From: Phoronis australis | Taxonomy: Eukaryota; Animalia; Phoronida | Assembly: GCA_002633005.1 (NCBI GenBank) | Contig: NMRA01000330.1 | Coordinates: 1 to 64,000, forward strand | DNA: 64,000 nucleotides | Direction: 5' to 3' | Shown: positions 51,186-63,275 of the stretch, one piece after another | Layout of the letters: each line of letters starts with the position of its first letter | Position numbering within the stretch: the stretch's first letter is position 1 | Notes under the pieces: model-generated | What the model was told of the DNA's origin: nothing | The model's database searches: none | Seen by the model: the letters and a program-made list of their open reading frames with translations, nothing else | Program-made: the position numbers and the translations under genes

Positions 51186-52791
51186 CTAAAACTTGAAATA
51201 AACACATCAGAATTAATTTGACAACGGAGTTGATACGCGAAAATATCATAACATCACTTAGATTCAAACCTTTCACTTGTCGTATTTTCATGTAGTCGTT
51301 GCTTACCTATTGAATTACTGTAACAAAGTAACCGTTAGCGAAGAAGATGACTACAAAAATCATGTCCAACTTTAATTTAGCTACAAAATTCGTACAAAGT
51401 ATGCGCAAAGTTCGGTGTTTTTATTATACTTATTAATGGTAACATAGGGCCAGCACGACTGTATAGATGTAATGGCATATCTTAGTAAAAATGGGACTTA
51501 GTGATATTCAGTTAACGCAAGTCTAGTTTTGCTTATATGTGCCGTAGGTTTCAAGAGCCTATCGCATATTTACCGGATTTGACAAAAATTCGATCTGCAT
51601 TAGTTGATGGTCAACTGGCGTAAATTAAAATTAAATTCGTTTCCCTTCGCGCGAGCGACCGTAAAATATGCGCACGCCTAAGAATATATTTCTAACAAAA
51701 CTGAGCGCGCGCCGACTACGAAAAGTGAATATTTTACCTACCTATCTACACAAATCAGTGGACTGAGGGCCGGGCGAGGCCGGTGAACAAAAACCATTTT
51801 ACTAAGAGTGGGTTTATCATTCATCTAAGTGTTCTAAATTTCATATTTTCCCATAAAATCTATCCATGACAATCACCACCTAAAAACAAAAATACTGTAT
51901 CAGGCCTAAGAAGCATTTAACTCTCATTAACGGCTTTTACACAAAACTGGTGAACACAAATTGGAAAGTTATGGGTATTTCAGGATTAATCTTCATTTAA
52001 ACGATTCATATAGCTTCTTCTGCACAGTTCAAAACACTAGAATACCTCACGCCAGTTGGATAGTACCTGTGTCACAGGGTCTTTAAATGATCACCCACTT
52101 TCATTGTAGACATTGACCCACAGTAAGGGACACTGGTAACTGAACCAAAATTAAAAACTGTCATCCTCAAAACTGCTACATATCCCCTTCTGTCCAAGAT
52201 TTAAACCACTTATTGAAATAAAACTCTCCGCAATTTGTTTCTTACTTGAATGAGGAGTGATTTCTAGGTGTAGTAGAAGTGACAGTTCTTGTTACGGGAG
52301 AATCCTGTATAAAACGACCTTGGAGTCGAGCCAACCTATTGGACATACCAATCAAGCAATAACGAACACAGCCAAGCAATAACAAACTACTGATTCTTCC
52401 TCTCCAGTTGATTTGAGCAAGGAACAAGTTTATACCAGTTTTAAATTGTCTAAATCCAAACTAAGTTTTTATGGTTTATAGTTGTTTAATTGCCCAGAGA
52501 GCATCACGTATTGCTAGAAAAGTAATTAAAACGGCTGATGTTGGAGACACGTTTATTAACAACGCCAATCACTCTAGAATCTCTCACAAAAGGCAGCCTT
52601 CAACATCAGAGTTATACACCAGGTGGCAGCACACACACAGACCACAAAGATCCGTCAACAGAGGTCAGCACAGACCATGCTGGTTTTCCCAGTTGGTATT
52701 ACTATTTACATGACCTTGGACTCAGTCAAACAGTCCATGAGTGCCCAAATGTTTATTGTCTTGATCAAGTCCTCTAGAATATCACCCCTGG

Positions 52792-52803
52792 TTATTCATC
52801 CAG
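52792..52803 (-). CDS. MICOS10: Probable MICOS10 terminal coding exon (LDE*)
   Basis: Strong acceptor tttaatttttcag|CTG GAT GAA TAA in phase 0; minus-strand AATAAA at about 52752 and 52552. Other acceptors are possible. Confidence 0.55.
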   Translation of the reverse strand: MDE

Positions 52804-54894
52804 CTGAAAAATTAAAGGTTTCAATGTCACAAAATAACAAGTTACAACAAATTATATTATACACCGATAGATTGATATCCATCAAATAGTGAGTTATGTC
52901 AATTCCACAATATTTCACACAAAAAACAATTTACTGTCAAAATTGTCATTTTCCTGTGTTGTTCTGTGACATTTACTCGGAAACAATCAAGTCATGGTAA
53001 AATCTCGCAAGTTTACGACAGAATTGTAGTCAAATGAAATTATATTTTTCTCAATTTTGCATAAAAGACAAATAACACCAATGCAACAAAATATTTAAAG
53101 ACCTATACCACAGCTGCCATCAGACGATGATTCAAATGAATTTGGGGGCGTTCAGTACAATGTTAGAGGTCTTTAAAAACAACAAAAAATATTGGGAATA
53201 GTTGTTTGTCCGAAATTAGTGTCAGAGATATTATGTAATGATAAAGGAAACATTTCTTGATGTTTGTTTTTGTAGAAAATTTTGACAAAATGACGCATCA
53301 CTAGTCTGCCATGTGTGCGAAACAGATGAAAAATTAAAACACAAGTTCATCGTCTCTATCTTGTACTTTGGAGATTTTGCAACCAATTGACAGCAAGAAA
53401 TTTTAAATATTAATCTTAAATATGTCAACAAAGTTTTCAGAAACCTAAACCTATCTTTTCATTGCTATTATTTATGCACAGTCAATACCTTCTACATGAC
53501 TAATCGTTTTGCATTCAATAAAAACGAAGATCTCGATAAATGTATTTCCTGCTATCAAACCTTTTTTCAAAGCAGTTTTCTAAAAAAACAACACCAGGGG
53601 CAAGTGAAATTTTTTAAAATTCTTATTTTCTCATAAAGATATATAGCATTAAAATAAGGCTTTACCATGTTTAAGTTCTGTACTATAAATTAACTACCAT
53701 CAGAAAAATATTTTGAATTGTGGGCCTTCACAGCAATGTTAGAAGTTAGCAGACGTTCAGTGCGAGCGCTGAGAACACATCTACATGACAAATGCCACGT
53801 GTCTACGACGTGATTTTTTTATTAAACTGCAGACTTTCTCATCCAGCAATGAACAATGAAATACAAGTTGTCTCGAAAATGCATTTTCAAAAATCGTGTT
53901 TTTAACAGAAGAGTACACAACAAAGTAATTAGCAGTCAATTTGATTGCACAATCCTGGGAGTGTGACTATGAATAATGGGGTGGTAATTACCCTACTACT
54001 TGGTACAGGCGACAAACTGTACAAAGTGCCTCTTCAGAAGACTCACAAAAACACAACAAACTTGACAAACATACAAATTAATGTTACAAACATGAAATAA
54101 ACATTCATAAAATAATATTGGATTTTGAAACAAAGTGAAAATCAAATAATAAGTAAGAATGACAACACACACACACATGTTATTATAAATTGGCATATTG
54201 ATGTTTAGTATGAGTTATTAATCTTGTTGCATACCATAGTTTGGTTATTTGTCTCACACATAACAAGTCTAACAACTCTTACATATACAGGAGGAATGCT
54301 ACAGGGTATCGTATTTGTACCAGTGTGCAAAGCTATACTGCCTTTTCAAAATATGATAAAGAGACGGGATCTTTATTTCAAATATATCGTCTTCTGGAAA
54401 TTTGAATTTAAAATATAAGTAAAACCAGTGATATGACAGCTCAATTTGTTTATTTTTTATAGAAAAATGGTAAACTAAAACTATTAATTGACGGTGACTT
54501 CAACATCTTAAACATCCAGCTTAAATTTTTGTTTTGGAACCTCATTTAGTTTCCTTCCAGGATAGGAACAGCTTACATAACTGAAAAAGTGTATAAGACA
54601 AAACTGGTTCAGAAATTAAGATGACATTAATATTTTTGTACCTCACACAAAACAGGAGTTGGTTTTTTGATGATTATGAGGGGGGAACCAGATGAAAACA
54701 ATTGGTAAATGCTTTCTAAAAAATCTACTAGAGACCAGATGTCTCAAATTTTAAGACACACATCCTGTGCAAAGTCCAGTCCTTTACTAGGCCTCTGCAT
54801 AGCACGCCCCAAGGGTACACCATGACTTAGCTGGCTACATGAAGAAATGATGGGTACATTAAATAAATTTGCTTCCTTGTACCAATTTACTTAC

Positions 54895-55004
54895 CTTTAC
54901 TCTTGACCCGTGCATTAAATAAGGATTCCTAAAATCATTCTGACAGTTGGCATATCCCATGCCAACACCAACTCCTGAACCAAAAGCTAACGGCCATGGT
55001 TTCC
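54895..55004 (-). CDS. MICOS10: MICOS10 coding exon 3
   Basis: ttacag|GG AAA CCA TGG CCG...GTA AAG|gtaagt, 110 nt; (R)KPWPLAFGSGVGVGMGYANCQNDFRNPYLMHGSRVK. Confidence 0.95.
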
Positions 55005-56957
55005 CTGTAACAACAACGAGAGTAGCAACAACAAATAACAATGCTTCATTTCAAAACAACAAGGGAAGCACACAAGTAGTTACAGGCATGATTTTTCAGG
55101 AAACTTACAATGGTTAGACTAACATAAAACAGTCAAAATGCATTGTAACAGTGTACACTTATAATAAATCAAATGTTTTCGACTGTCATTGGTTGCGGAT
55201 GACCTCAGAATAATGGTAAGATGGATCTGCCGTCAAGGTGTGAAATTCACCAGGTGACTGCAACTCTGCCTAACCATCACTCTGAAGATGATCAAAGCCA
55301 CTGAAGTCAAAATCATTTATTATATTTATTATAAGTACATGTACTCTATTCTGTCTCATGAAATTCACGTGATTAAACTGAATCATCAATTGTCCACTTG
55401 CATACTCATGTTTGAAGATGTATTTACATGCTCCTAACTGTGCTAATTAATGTATAGCAGGAACTGAACAGAAGTGCTATTTGAACATCATGTACGCAAT
55501 ACAAAGTGCAGTTGTATTCACTGACAACTTGTAAATGTGAAAACAAAAAATTCTGTAAACAGGTGACCTTTGCACCAATGACGCTCACACAGCCTCCATC
55601 ATGCAGTGCTATTCCCCACACTACTTCACGATACTTACTGGACACGGTTGAGTGATTTACGGCAGATCCTTTTTGACATAAAACTCGTTTTTAAAAACAT
55701 TTAAGAATTTTCAACCTACTTCACACCGTCGCTATATGTTGTGTTTGACCAAGCAATCACAGAGATAAGGAATTAGCGTACAAGTTCCACTTTATAAAAA
55801 AATAGAGATTAAGTTCAAACACTTTTTGAGCATTAAAACAGTTCCTTACTCACAATATCTATATTACATAGACAACAATTTAATTTTGTACTAAGTAAAT
55901 CAAGTTTAACAGAGAACTTGACCACAAGAAACATTTTAGAAAAACCACGGTAGAGTTGGTTGCTTGGCTGAACTTGTTTCAGCAAACAAGCATGCGCAGG
56001 GACCCTGTATTTTGGTAACCAGCTAGAAGCTTAATATTCAGTGGAGAAAACTGGTTTGCGAAATGTAGCATGGACACGCTGCACTGGTGACTGAGACTAA
56101 CCTGCTACGACAAGCAAATTAGTGGGTGTGGTCTGAAGCAATAATGAGCTGTCAGTTATTTTCAGGCTTAGAAATCATGTGCAATCTTAGCAAGGAACGA
56201 CAAGCTGACTTAATAACAGAAAAAAACACCTAAATCAAATGTTGATATTTTAACACCTTAAAAGATGATGTTCCCAATTCATTCAGCAATTAAGAACACA
56301 TGCTGAGATTCGTCAGACGAAAGATATCACTAAAGTCTAAACATTTTGTAACTTTCAGCCCTGTTTGTGTTTGCCTTATCTTACAAAAATATGTACATGT
56401 ATTTTTTTTTTGAAAAGTAGGCGGGGTTTCTGCAGAAGTCTCATTACATATGGCAGCTGTTGAGTGAGAACCCATAATGCAACAGTCAGCTGTCACTCAT
56501 TACCGCGGCCATTTAAGATAGTGACGCAGGAGCAAAAATAAAAGTTAAACTGTGAGAAATCATAGTGAATTCAGATCTGTTTGAATATATTTAGAAATAA
56601 CTTGAATGAGCATTTTTTGGGCTAAATTTTTGACTCAACTAATTAGCGTTAAAATCCGTTTTATGTGGTTTTTAACTGAATAAAGTGGAACAAAATATCT
56701 TTAAGTGGAGTGCTACAGCAAATACATTGTAAGTCTCGATATACAAGTCCAGTTTTATCATTGCACCATTTAAAAACAATTTTTCGCAAGACTGATGGTT
56801 ACAAAACCACATCATTATAAAAACATTGTTCAAACACAAAGTTTTGTAAAAACTGTGCAGTGTTTATAATGCTCACACACTAGAGTGATAAACATATTAA
56901 CAAAAACATTAAGACAACAACGCCGGTCAGTCAACTTGAGTTGATTGGCATACTTAC

Positions 56958-57005
56958 TCTTGAAGAACAACACCGAGAAGACAATGCCTAGACCGAGGCC
57001 ACTAG
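56958..57005 (-). CDS. MICOS10: MICOS10 coding exon 2
   Basis: ttttttcag|CT AGT GGC...TTC AAG A|gtaagt, 48 nt; (A)SGLGLGIVFSVLFFK. Confidence 0.95.
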
Positions 57006-57995
57006 CTGAAAAAAACAAAGTCCTTTTTGACATTACGATACAAATTAGCAAAAGTGAGGTGCACAATGCTTGAACTTTTACTCCAGGGAACTCACTCATA
57101 CTGGGATTTCCTTAGAAAATTATGCCGAATATTGGTGTTACAACTTCTGGTGTCAAGTGTCTAGATTGTGGATCGTTTATTCGGAAAAATTCCTCTTAAA
57201 AGCCCACTCCCAGTCAACTTTTTGCCACAAATTCAGTTTTATGGAACATTTATCATTTATAAAAACGAACAAGATGTTGGCGAACTATGCATTTATTAAC
57301 ATAAAATTTAAAAACAGTTTCAAGTAAAAAATGTCAAAGTCAGCAAAACTATGACTTTCTGTTCACACCCCCCTTTTCCTTTTTTTACTAAAACACCTGA
57401 AAATGTTTATTTTCCAAATAGTCGCCCATGGACTTATCTACGGAAATCCCGGTAAAATGGGAAAGGTTTCTGTACCTCCTGAGGGGGATTTTTCGGTAGA
57501 GGGAAAATGCCCCCCCCTCACCAGTCACCATCAATTCCACCTCTCAAGCACCACCACTTGCTGGCAATGCCTCTAGAATCTCAAACCTAACATTTTGCAA
57601 AATGAATTCTAACAAAAATATAACTGCAGGCAGTATGATACACGTTGTACCAGAAAAGTGCAGATCGTACAGGTGGTCCCATTGCGCTGATCACCTGAAA
57701 CCATATTTGTGCTTTATTAATATAGTTAAAACTGTACTGAGGAGCTTGAAACCTGATTCAAGGGTTTTGCAGTCAGGGCTTGGAATGCCCAATGACAACA
57801 AAGAGGAAAATATTCCAAGTAACGTATCATTCCACAAATAAATAGGCTTGCGTGATAGAAATATTTTTGTGTTGTAAAATTTAATTGACATGAATATTTT
57901 TGCATGAAGAAAAAAGAGGACTGGAAGTCAAATAAAAGGAAATCGAAACCAAAAAAGAGAAAACCCTCTTAAAAGAGGAAAATTACAAGGCTTGA

Positions 57996-58072
57996 GCAGT
58001 GTGGCGCGGTGGGACTCGAACCATGACCTGGAGTAAAGGAAGTGGAAATCTATCACACTAAGCCACACTGCC
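57996..58072 (-). mobile_element. tRNA-derived fragment (SINE head or tRNA pseudogene) in MICOS10 intron 1
   Basis: Minus strand GGCAGTGTGGCTTAGTG (A box-like)...GGTTCGAGTCCC (B box); D and anticodon arms degenerate. Confidence 0.55.
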
Positions 58073-59588
58073 TCCTCAAAAGGATTCTAAGCTTGAGGGG
58101 AATATTTTAATCTCTGGGTAATTTTTGGGCCTGATGAGGGGAATTTCGCATGATTTTTAAATATTTTCATAAGGGAATGTGGCCAATATTTGGCACCAGA
58201 ATCGAGGCTTGGAGGGCCCTGAACTCCACCAATCAATGACTGTTTTGGTCCATAAATGCCGTTTTAAAAACAAAAAGAAAATGGAATGTTATTGACTCGC
58301 ATTTCACTCCCATTGTGTGTAACAAAAAATTCAATGCAATGCGCTCGCTAGCTCTGACTCAGTTTAAGACTCAGGGTACCTTGGGTGTTCTGCCGACCTT
58401 TGACCTCTTGTGAAACATTTACAGGGTTTATTCCCCTGTTACTCAGTGAAGGTAAAGGTCGCGAACTCAAAATTAGAGACTATCGTATGTGACTGATACC
58501 ACTTTGATTACTCGACAAAACATAGCAGTTTTCAGCGAGTATGTTTTGCAATTTTTTTGTCACCCTTCTTCCCAGAGTGAATAACAGTTATCACATGCAA
58601 ATGCATTTTACATTTACAATATAATTTAAGTCCACTTTTGGCATGCACAGCATTATTAAAATATAACTTATGACACAGCACTTGCTACTTTATTTTCTTC
58701 CAAGACGGCATACGACTGGACAACGTGGAGACCTGTGCACGGCTGCATGAAACAGTCCCAAATAGGGGCTCAACTATGTTCTCTACATCTTATAACGTGT
58801 GCCGGTATTTGTTTCATTCTTTACTCACAGTCATTTCGGATGTAGTGTTTTTCTTTCTATTACTTTATCTTTATTGTGAGCTACTGTTTGACTAATGACA
58901 TTTCATAATAATATAATTAAAAACTGAGACCTTATATTAATCAAAATAGTTGAGGAATGAGTCCTTAAATTAGGGGCATTGCATGAAAAGATCCCAACTT
59001 ATCTTCAATAATTATTGAGAATTCAATGATGACTTCACTCTTGATTGGTATAAAAAGTAAAAAATTGACTTAGTAAAGAGATTCAAACATTATAAGAACG
59101 AACAATCAGTGTTATCACGCCCACAAATACGCCGCAGTAGACTAAGGGAGCTTAGAAGTTACATGAGTCCTTACTTGGCATTGTTTCCATTCAACTTTTA
59201 TGCAGCCGGGCACTGGCTTCCATTACTTATTACTACTAAGAACCATCAGAGGGAGGCATGTTGGAGGGAGGTATTTATTAGAGACCTGGGTTCTAGGCTG
59301 ATACCGAGTCAGAGACAGAGCGTGTGATCAAGTTAACAAGAAGAAGCGAACCTGAATCTGAGATGTGCCAGCTGGGCTGGCCTAGTTAATTCAGACGGTG
59401 TCTATCACTGAATCAGCTCCAGTGCAGTGCCAGTAGTGGCAGTGCAGTGGTACAGACAGTCATCAGTGTACTTCAGGATTTCATTCACATTCAACTATTT
59501 TTTCAGGCATGAACTTTGTCACGAAAACAACATTGTGAAGATTAGACAAATAATAATAGCACACTGTGAGCTTAATCATCAATCGAAC

Positions 59589-59667
59589 CTATTTTGATCG
59601 CAGAGTCTGATAGACAACGATCCCATTTCTGTCCGTATTCGTCTTCCGACTTCACCGGCACCGCCAT
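59589..59667 (-). CDS. MICOS10: MICOS10 coding exon 1
   Basis: AAGATGGCG start; MAVPVKSEDEYGQKWDRCLSDSAIKI; phase-1 donor AG|GTTCGA. Confidence 0.92.
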
Positions 59668-60313
59668 CTTACTTCCGAATACTTGTTATCGTTTTACCCA
59701 GAAGATGGCGCAATCTAACGGCATAGACATCATAGTATCACACACATTAATTTTGTCGTTGCATCAGCAGACCGACCGTCCTTGGTTGCATGCACTAGAC
59801 CATCTATGGTCTATAGACACCATAGCCTCTACCGGAGTCCAGTGAAATTTCTGACAGTTGGTTCTTGATTGGTCGGTCAAAGATGGTATTGCTGTGCGTG
59901 AACTTGGAATCTTGCTTAACCTTGATCGCGTACTTGAAATTCATTTGGGCAATCTGGTGGAATTTTTGTTCAGTAAATAATTTTTGTAATTACTGACCTC
60001 ATGATCACTCTTTTTCTCCTTGCCGGCAGCGTAACTTGTGGCAATCCAGTCGGAGGTTCATCAGATGTGAATGGTTAAATCAATGATTATTTTTTGATGA
60101 ATAAGATCGGAATAGTTTCAACAAATATTGGTTAAAATTTACGTTATTTTATTAACATATATAATTTGATTTAGTGCAGTGCAAATTTTTGGAATGTGAA
60201 CGTGATTGTTTGAGTGAACTTGTCAAGTTTCAACATGTATCATTACGACGTGCTTTTCCTGTTACTCCCAACTTGTTCGATTCTATAGCCCAACAACAAG
60301 TTGGGAAGCTTAC

Positions 60314-60441
60314 CCCTGTTGCCAATATCTTACACGACTGATTAACTCCATTCTGGCATTCATGGTTGGAGGGCCAGCTCTCTTTTGTTCGATAATTGCT
60401 CTAATCTTCAATAAGATGGTATCTAGCTGGCCATGGGCTGC
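60314..60441 (-). other. Exon-like open segment of an unidentified gene or pseudogene
   Basis: ttttatttttaacag|...GG|gtaagc, 128 nt; open frame AAHGQLDTILLKIRAIIEQKRAGPPTMNARMELISRVRYWQQ(G). No family recognised. Confidence 0.35.
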
Positions 60442-60837
60442 CTGTTAAAAATAAAAGTTACGTTATAACATATTTGAACATAAACCAATAGAATTTCTGA
60501 AATCCTCATCAAATGGTGATCATGTTTAGTTTTTGAATCGCCAAAATCGTCCAACTGCAACCGAAGTTACGAGTATTCTTTCCGAATGTACCACTTTCAC
60601 TCTGGGTTTGACGGTGTTCACAGGTGGTCTGTAATAAGCCTGGAAGATGCCTGTTGTCATAACAGACAAAAGACTGTGCTTGGCAGTTAAAAAGAAGCTA
60701 GATGTTATCATGCGCTCAGAACCCCCTTCGTCTGGTAAAGTCCTATGAACGGGAAAACGCTGTCATGTTCCAAGTTCACGATGGGATTTGGGCGCCTACT
60801 TAATACTGCCTCTCTAATTTTACTACAGCGTGACTGC

Positions 60838-61573
60838 CCTTCAATGAACGACTCGTCACATACTTGTACTAGTCTCCATTTCTGCAACCAGTTTTCATGG
60901 TGTTTTAAACGACCGAACTTTAAGTTGAACCTTTGGAACATCAAAAAGTGACTTCGCCCTTGTTTTTTCGAAAAAGTGCTCTAGAATCTATCTTTTTCCG
61001 TATGTTCAAAATTGTTGACGTATATACGAAACAGTTATACAGGCGGTCGTCCTTCTTTTTATCAGCTTAGCGAATAACGGCCGACACTTTTGCTCCCAAA
61101 TTTCACGGTCGAGAATTAACTGAGCCGTTTAACTGTAGCCGTTTCAAAATCCTAGATGAAATATTGGCGGTAGTCCAATTTCTGGGCCCGGTCTCTAATC
61201 TTTNCTTTCAATGAACGACTCGTCACATACTTGTACTAGTCTTAATTTCTGCAACCAGTTTTCATGGTGTTTTAAACGACCGAACTTAAAGTTGAACCTT
61301 TGGAACAACAAAAAGTGACTACTTCGCTATTGTTTTTTCGAAAAAGTGCTCTAGAATCTACCTTTTTCCGTATGTTCAAAATTGTTGACGTATGTACGAA
61401 ACAGTTATACAGGCGGTCGCCCTTCTTTTTATCAGCTTAGCGAATAACGGCCGGCACTTTTGCTCCCAAATTTCACGGTCGAGAATTAACTGAGCCGTTT
61501 AACTGTAGCCGTTTCAAAATCCTAGATGAAATATTGGCGGTAGTCCAATTTCTGGGCCCGGTCTCTAATCTTT
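60838..61573. repeat. Near-identical ~367 bp tandem duplication separated by a single 'n' (likely haplotype/assembly artefact)
   Basis: 60838-61203 versus 61205-61573; n at 61204; few SNPs and indels. Confidence 0.9.
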
Positions 61574-61964
61574 GGACTCGAAACGAACTTGAAACTATTT
61601 TTGGCAATTTCTCTGCTCCTTTTGTGCGAACTTAAGATAATTGGTTATCAGACTGTGCTCGAATACATTATAGTTTATGCATAGGAGTCTCTAGTAGTTC
61701 AAGTTTGCCCTTGAAGACCCTTATATTCGTGCTACAAACTCAAGTAAAAACTCGAAATTTCGAGTTCAAACTCGAACTTATTGCTTTAATATTGGGTTTA
61801 AAAACTGTGTACTAAAGGCAATAAATTAGTCTAGTACGTAAATTATTGTGTACTCGAGCATAGAATAATAGACACTTATCTTGAGTTCGCCCAAAAGTAG
61901 AGTAGAAAATGCCAAACCTGGCTAATTTCGAGTTCCATTTCGAGTGAAGATTGGAGACCGGGCC
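61555..61964. mobile_element. PIF/Harbinger-like MITE with long TIRs and 3-bp TSD CTG
   Basis: CTG|GGCCCGGTCTCTAATCTT...AAGATTGGAGACCGGGCC|CTG; inverted similarity extends over 100 bp (GCGAACTTAAGATAA / TTATCTTGAGTTCGC). Confidence 0.8.
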
Positions 61965-62135
61965 CTGGTTCAGTGCTGGGGGAAATGATACAGAGTGTGT
62001 CTCAAAAATGTACACACTTCAACGTCTGGAGTTCAAATTCAGTTCCCGTGGGTATCTGAGATTCTGCGCAGGCCTACCCCATGCAGGTTACACCTTATTT
62101 TTAACGTAGATGTGCCAGTCATGACGTGCTCCGTG

Positions 62136-62398
62136 CATGCGCGCACCCGTAGAAGGGGGGCTCGGGGGGCCCGAACGAGCCCTCCCTCCAATTTGGTAAA
62201 ATGCCTTGGGCAAAAAGGACCGCCTCAAAGAAACAAAAAGTCCAAGAAAAAAGAGACAGAAATCCACAAAGGCAGGAATTCGGCACATGCACAATTCATA
62301 GCCCTGAACAAGTCCCGTATTTCGTTTTTTTCTTTACTAAAAGGTCTACAACATCAAAAATTCGAGCTTCCCTATGTTTTAGGCTGGGTGCGTGCGTG
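62136..62398. mobile_element. MITE family C, 5-bp TSD CCGTG
   Basis: CCGTG|CATGCGCGCACCC...GGGTGCGTGCGTG|CCGTG. Confidence 0.85.
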
Positions 62399-62649
62399 CC
62401 GTGTGTGTAGTATGCACGGGGATTGCCAGCAAACGATTAAAAAATTCATTGCGCAATACTATTAGAAACAAAACATCAAGGAAGTGCAGAGAGAACCTTT
62501 CCAATTTGATGACCAATGACTTAGATTTTATTTGTTTAAGTACTTAAACTTCATTTTCGATCTGCGGTTTGTAAACTTGAACCCAGTAATCTAGTTCCTA
62601 AGCCAAGAAACAATTTACTGTCATTCGAAGTGTGAAAACATTTTGGGAC

Positions 62650-63275
62650 ACTTTGTAGAGCTGTCCGAAATTCATCAATTTCCTTGAGATTTATTTCAGA
62701 TTGACAAAAATCATGTTGTGTACTTTTATATTTTGGGGATCTGATGATTGATCGAAATTTCCCTATGTCGGCCTGCAACTACCGGTAAGTTCATTGAAGC
62801 ATTGTCATTTCTTACAAGATTAGCTACTTATTGTAAAAAATCATCTCTTATTCAGTCCATTTTCATGATACACAAGCATGTAAATCAGAAACCAACAATC
62901 AAATCCAGGAACAATGCGTTTACCTTGATTAAAGGACTTAATTACTTTTTGATCCCCTGTCGGTGAGTTTAAAAAACAAGTTTTGTACCGAATTCAAAAA
63001 AGCAATGCATTTATTGTCATTTGAATAGTGAGTAAATTTTTTGGAAGTGTCCAAATTTCATCAATGTCTTCAGTTGAGAATTATTTTAGATAGGTAAGAA
63101 GCGTCCAAGTTCAGTTTACTATTTGGGGATCGGATTATACTAGAGTTTTTCCATATTCAGGATTCAACTTAATTCCCTGTAATCATTTCTTAAAAGACTA
63201 GCTTGTAATTGCCAAAAATCATCAATAACCTGTCAGTTTTCGTAGATACATAAACATGTAAACCAGAAACTAACG
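62650..63275. repeat. Diverged direct repeat of about 250 bp (about 62650-62900 and 63040-63275)
   Basis: Shared ordered blocks TTCATCAAT, TTTGGGGATC, TCATTTCTTA, AAAAATCATC, CATGTAAAyCAGAAAC. Confidence 0.65.

Larger units (their letters stand above)
52792..59667 (-). other. MICOS10: MICOS complex subunit MIC10 gene, full CDS span, complement join(59589..59667,56958..57005,54895..55004,52792..52803), about 82 aa
   Basis: Spliced product MAVPVKSEDEYGQKWDRCLSDSAIKIASGLGLGIVFSVLFFKRKPWPLAFGSGVGVGMGYANCQNDFRNPYLMHGSRVK(LDE) closely matches MIC10/MINOS1 (KWDRC, two GxGxG transmembrane segments, basic loop, WP). Confidence 0.92.

Noticed and set aside
53095-53176. TTAA-flanked AGACCT...AGGTCT mini-element (Kolobok/piggyBac-like)
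   Set aside because: The inverted match is too short and I saw no clear second full copy.
59945-59990. Two AATTTTTG Sm-site-like motifs as an snRNA
   Set aside because: No recognisable U snRNA 5' sequence or stem-loops; the motif is common in AT-rich DNA.
61995-62465. 156-aa ORF and similar short ORFs at 35783 and 43134
   Set aside because: They overlap non-coding family C MITE copies, and the similarity is nucleotide-level only.
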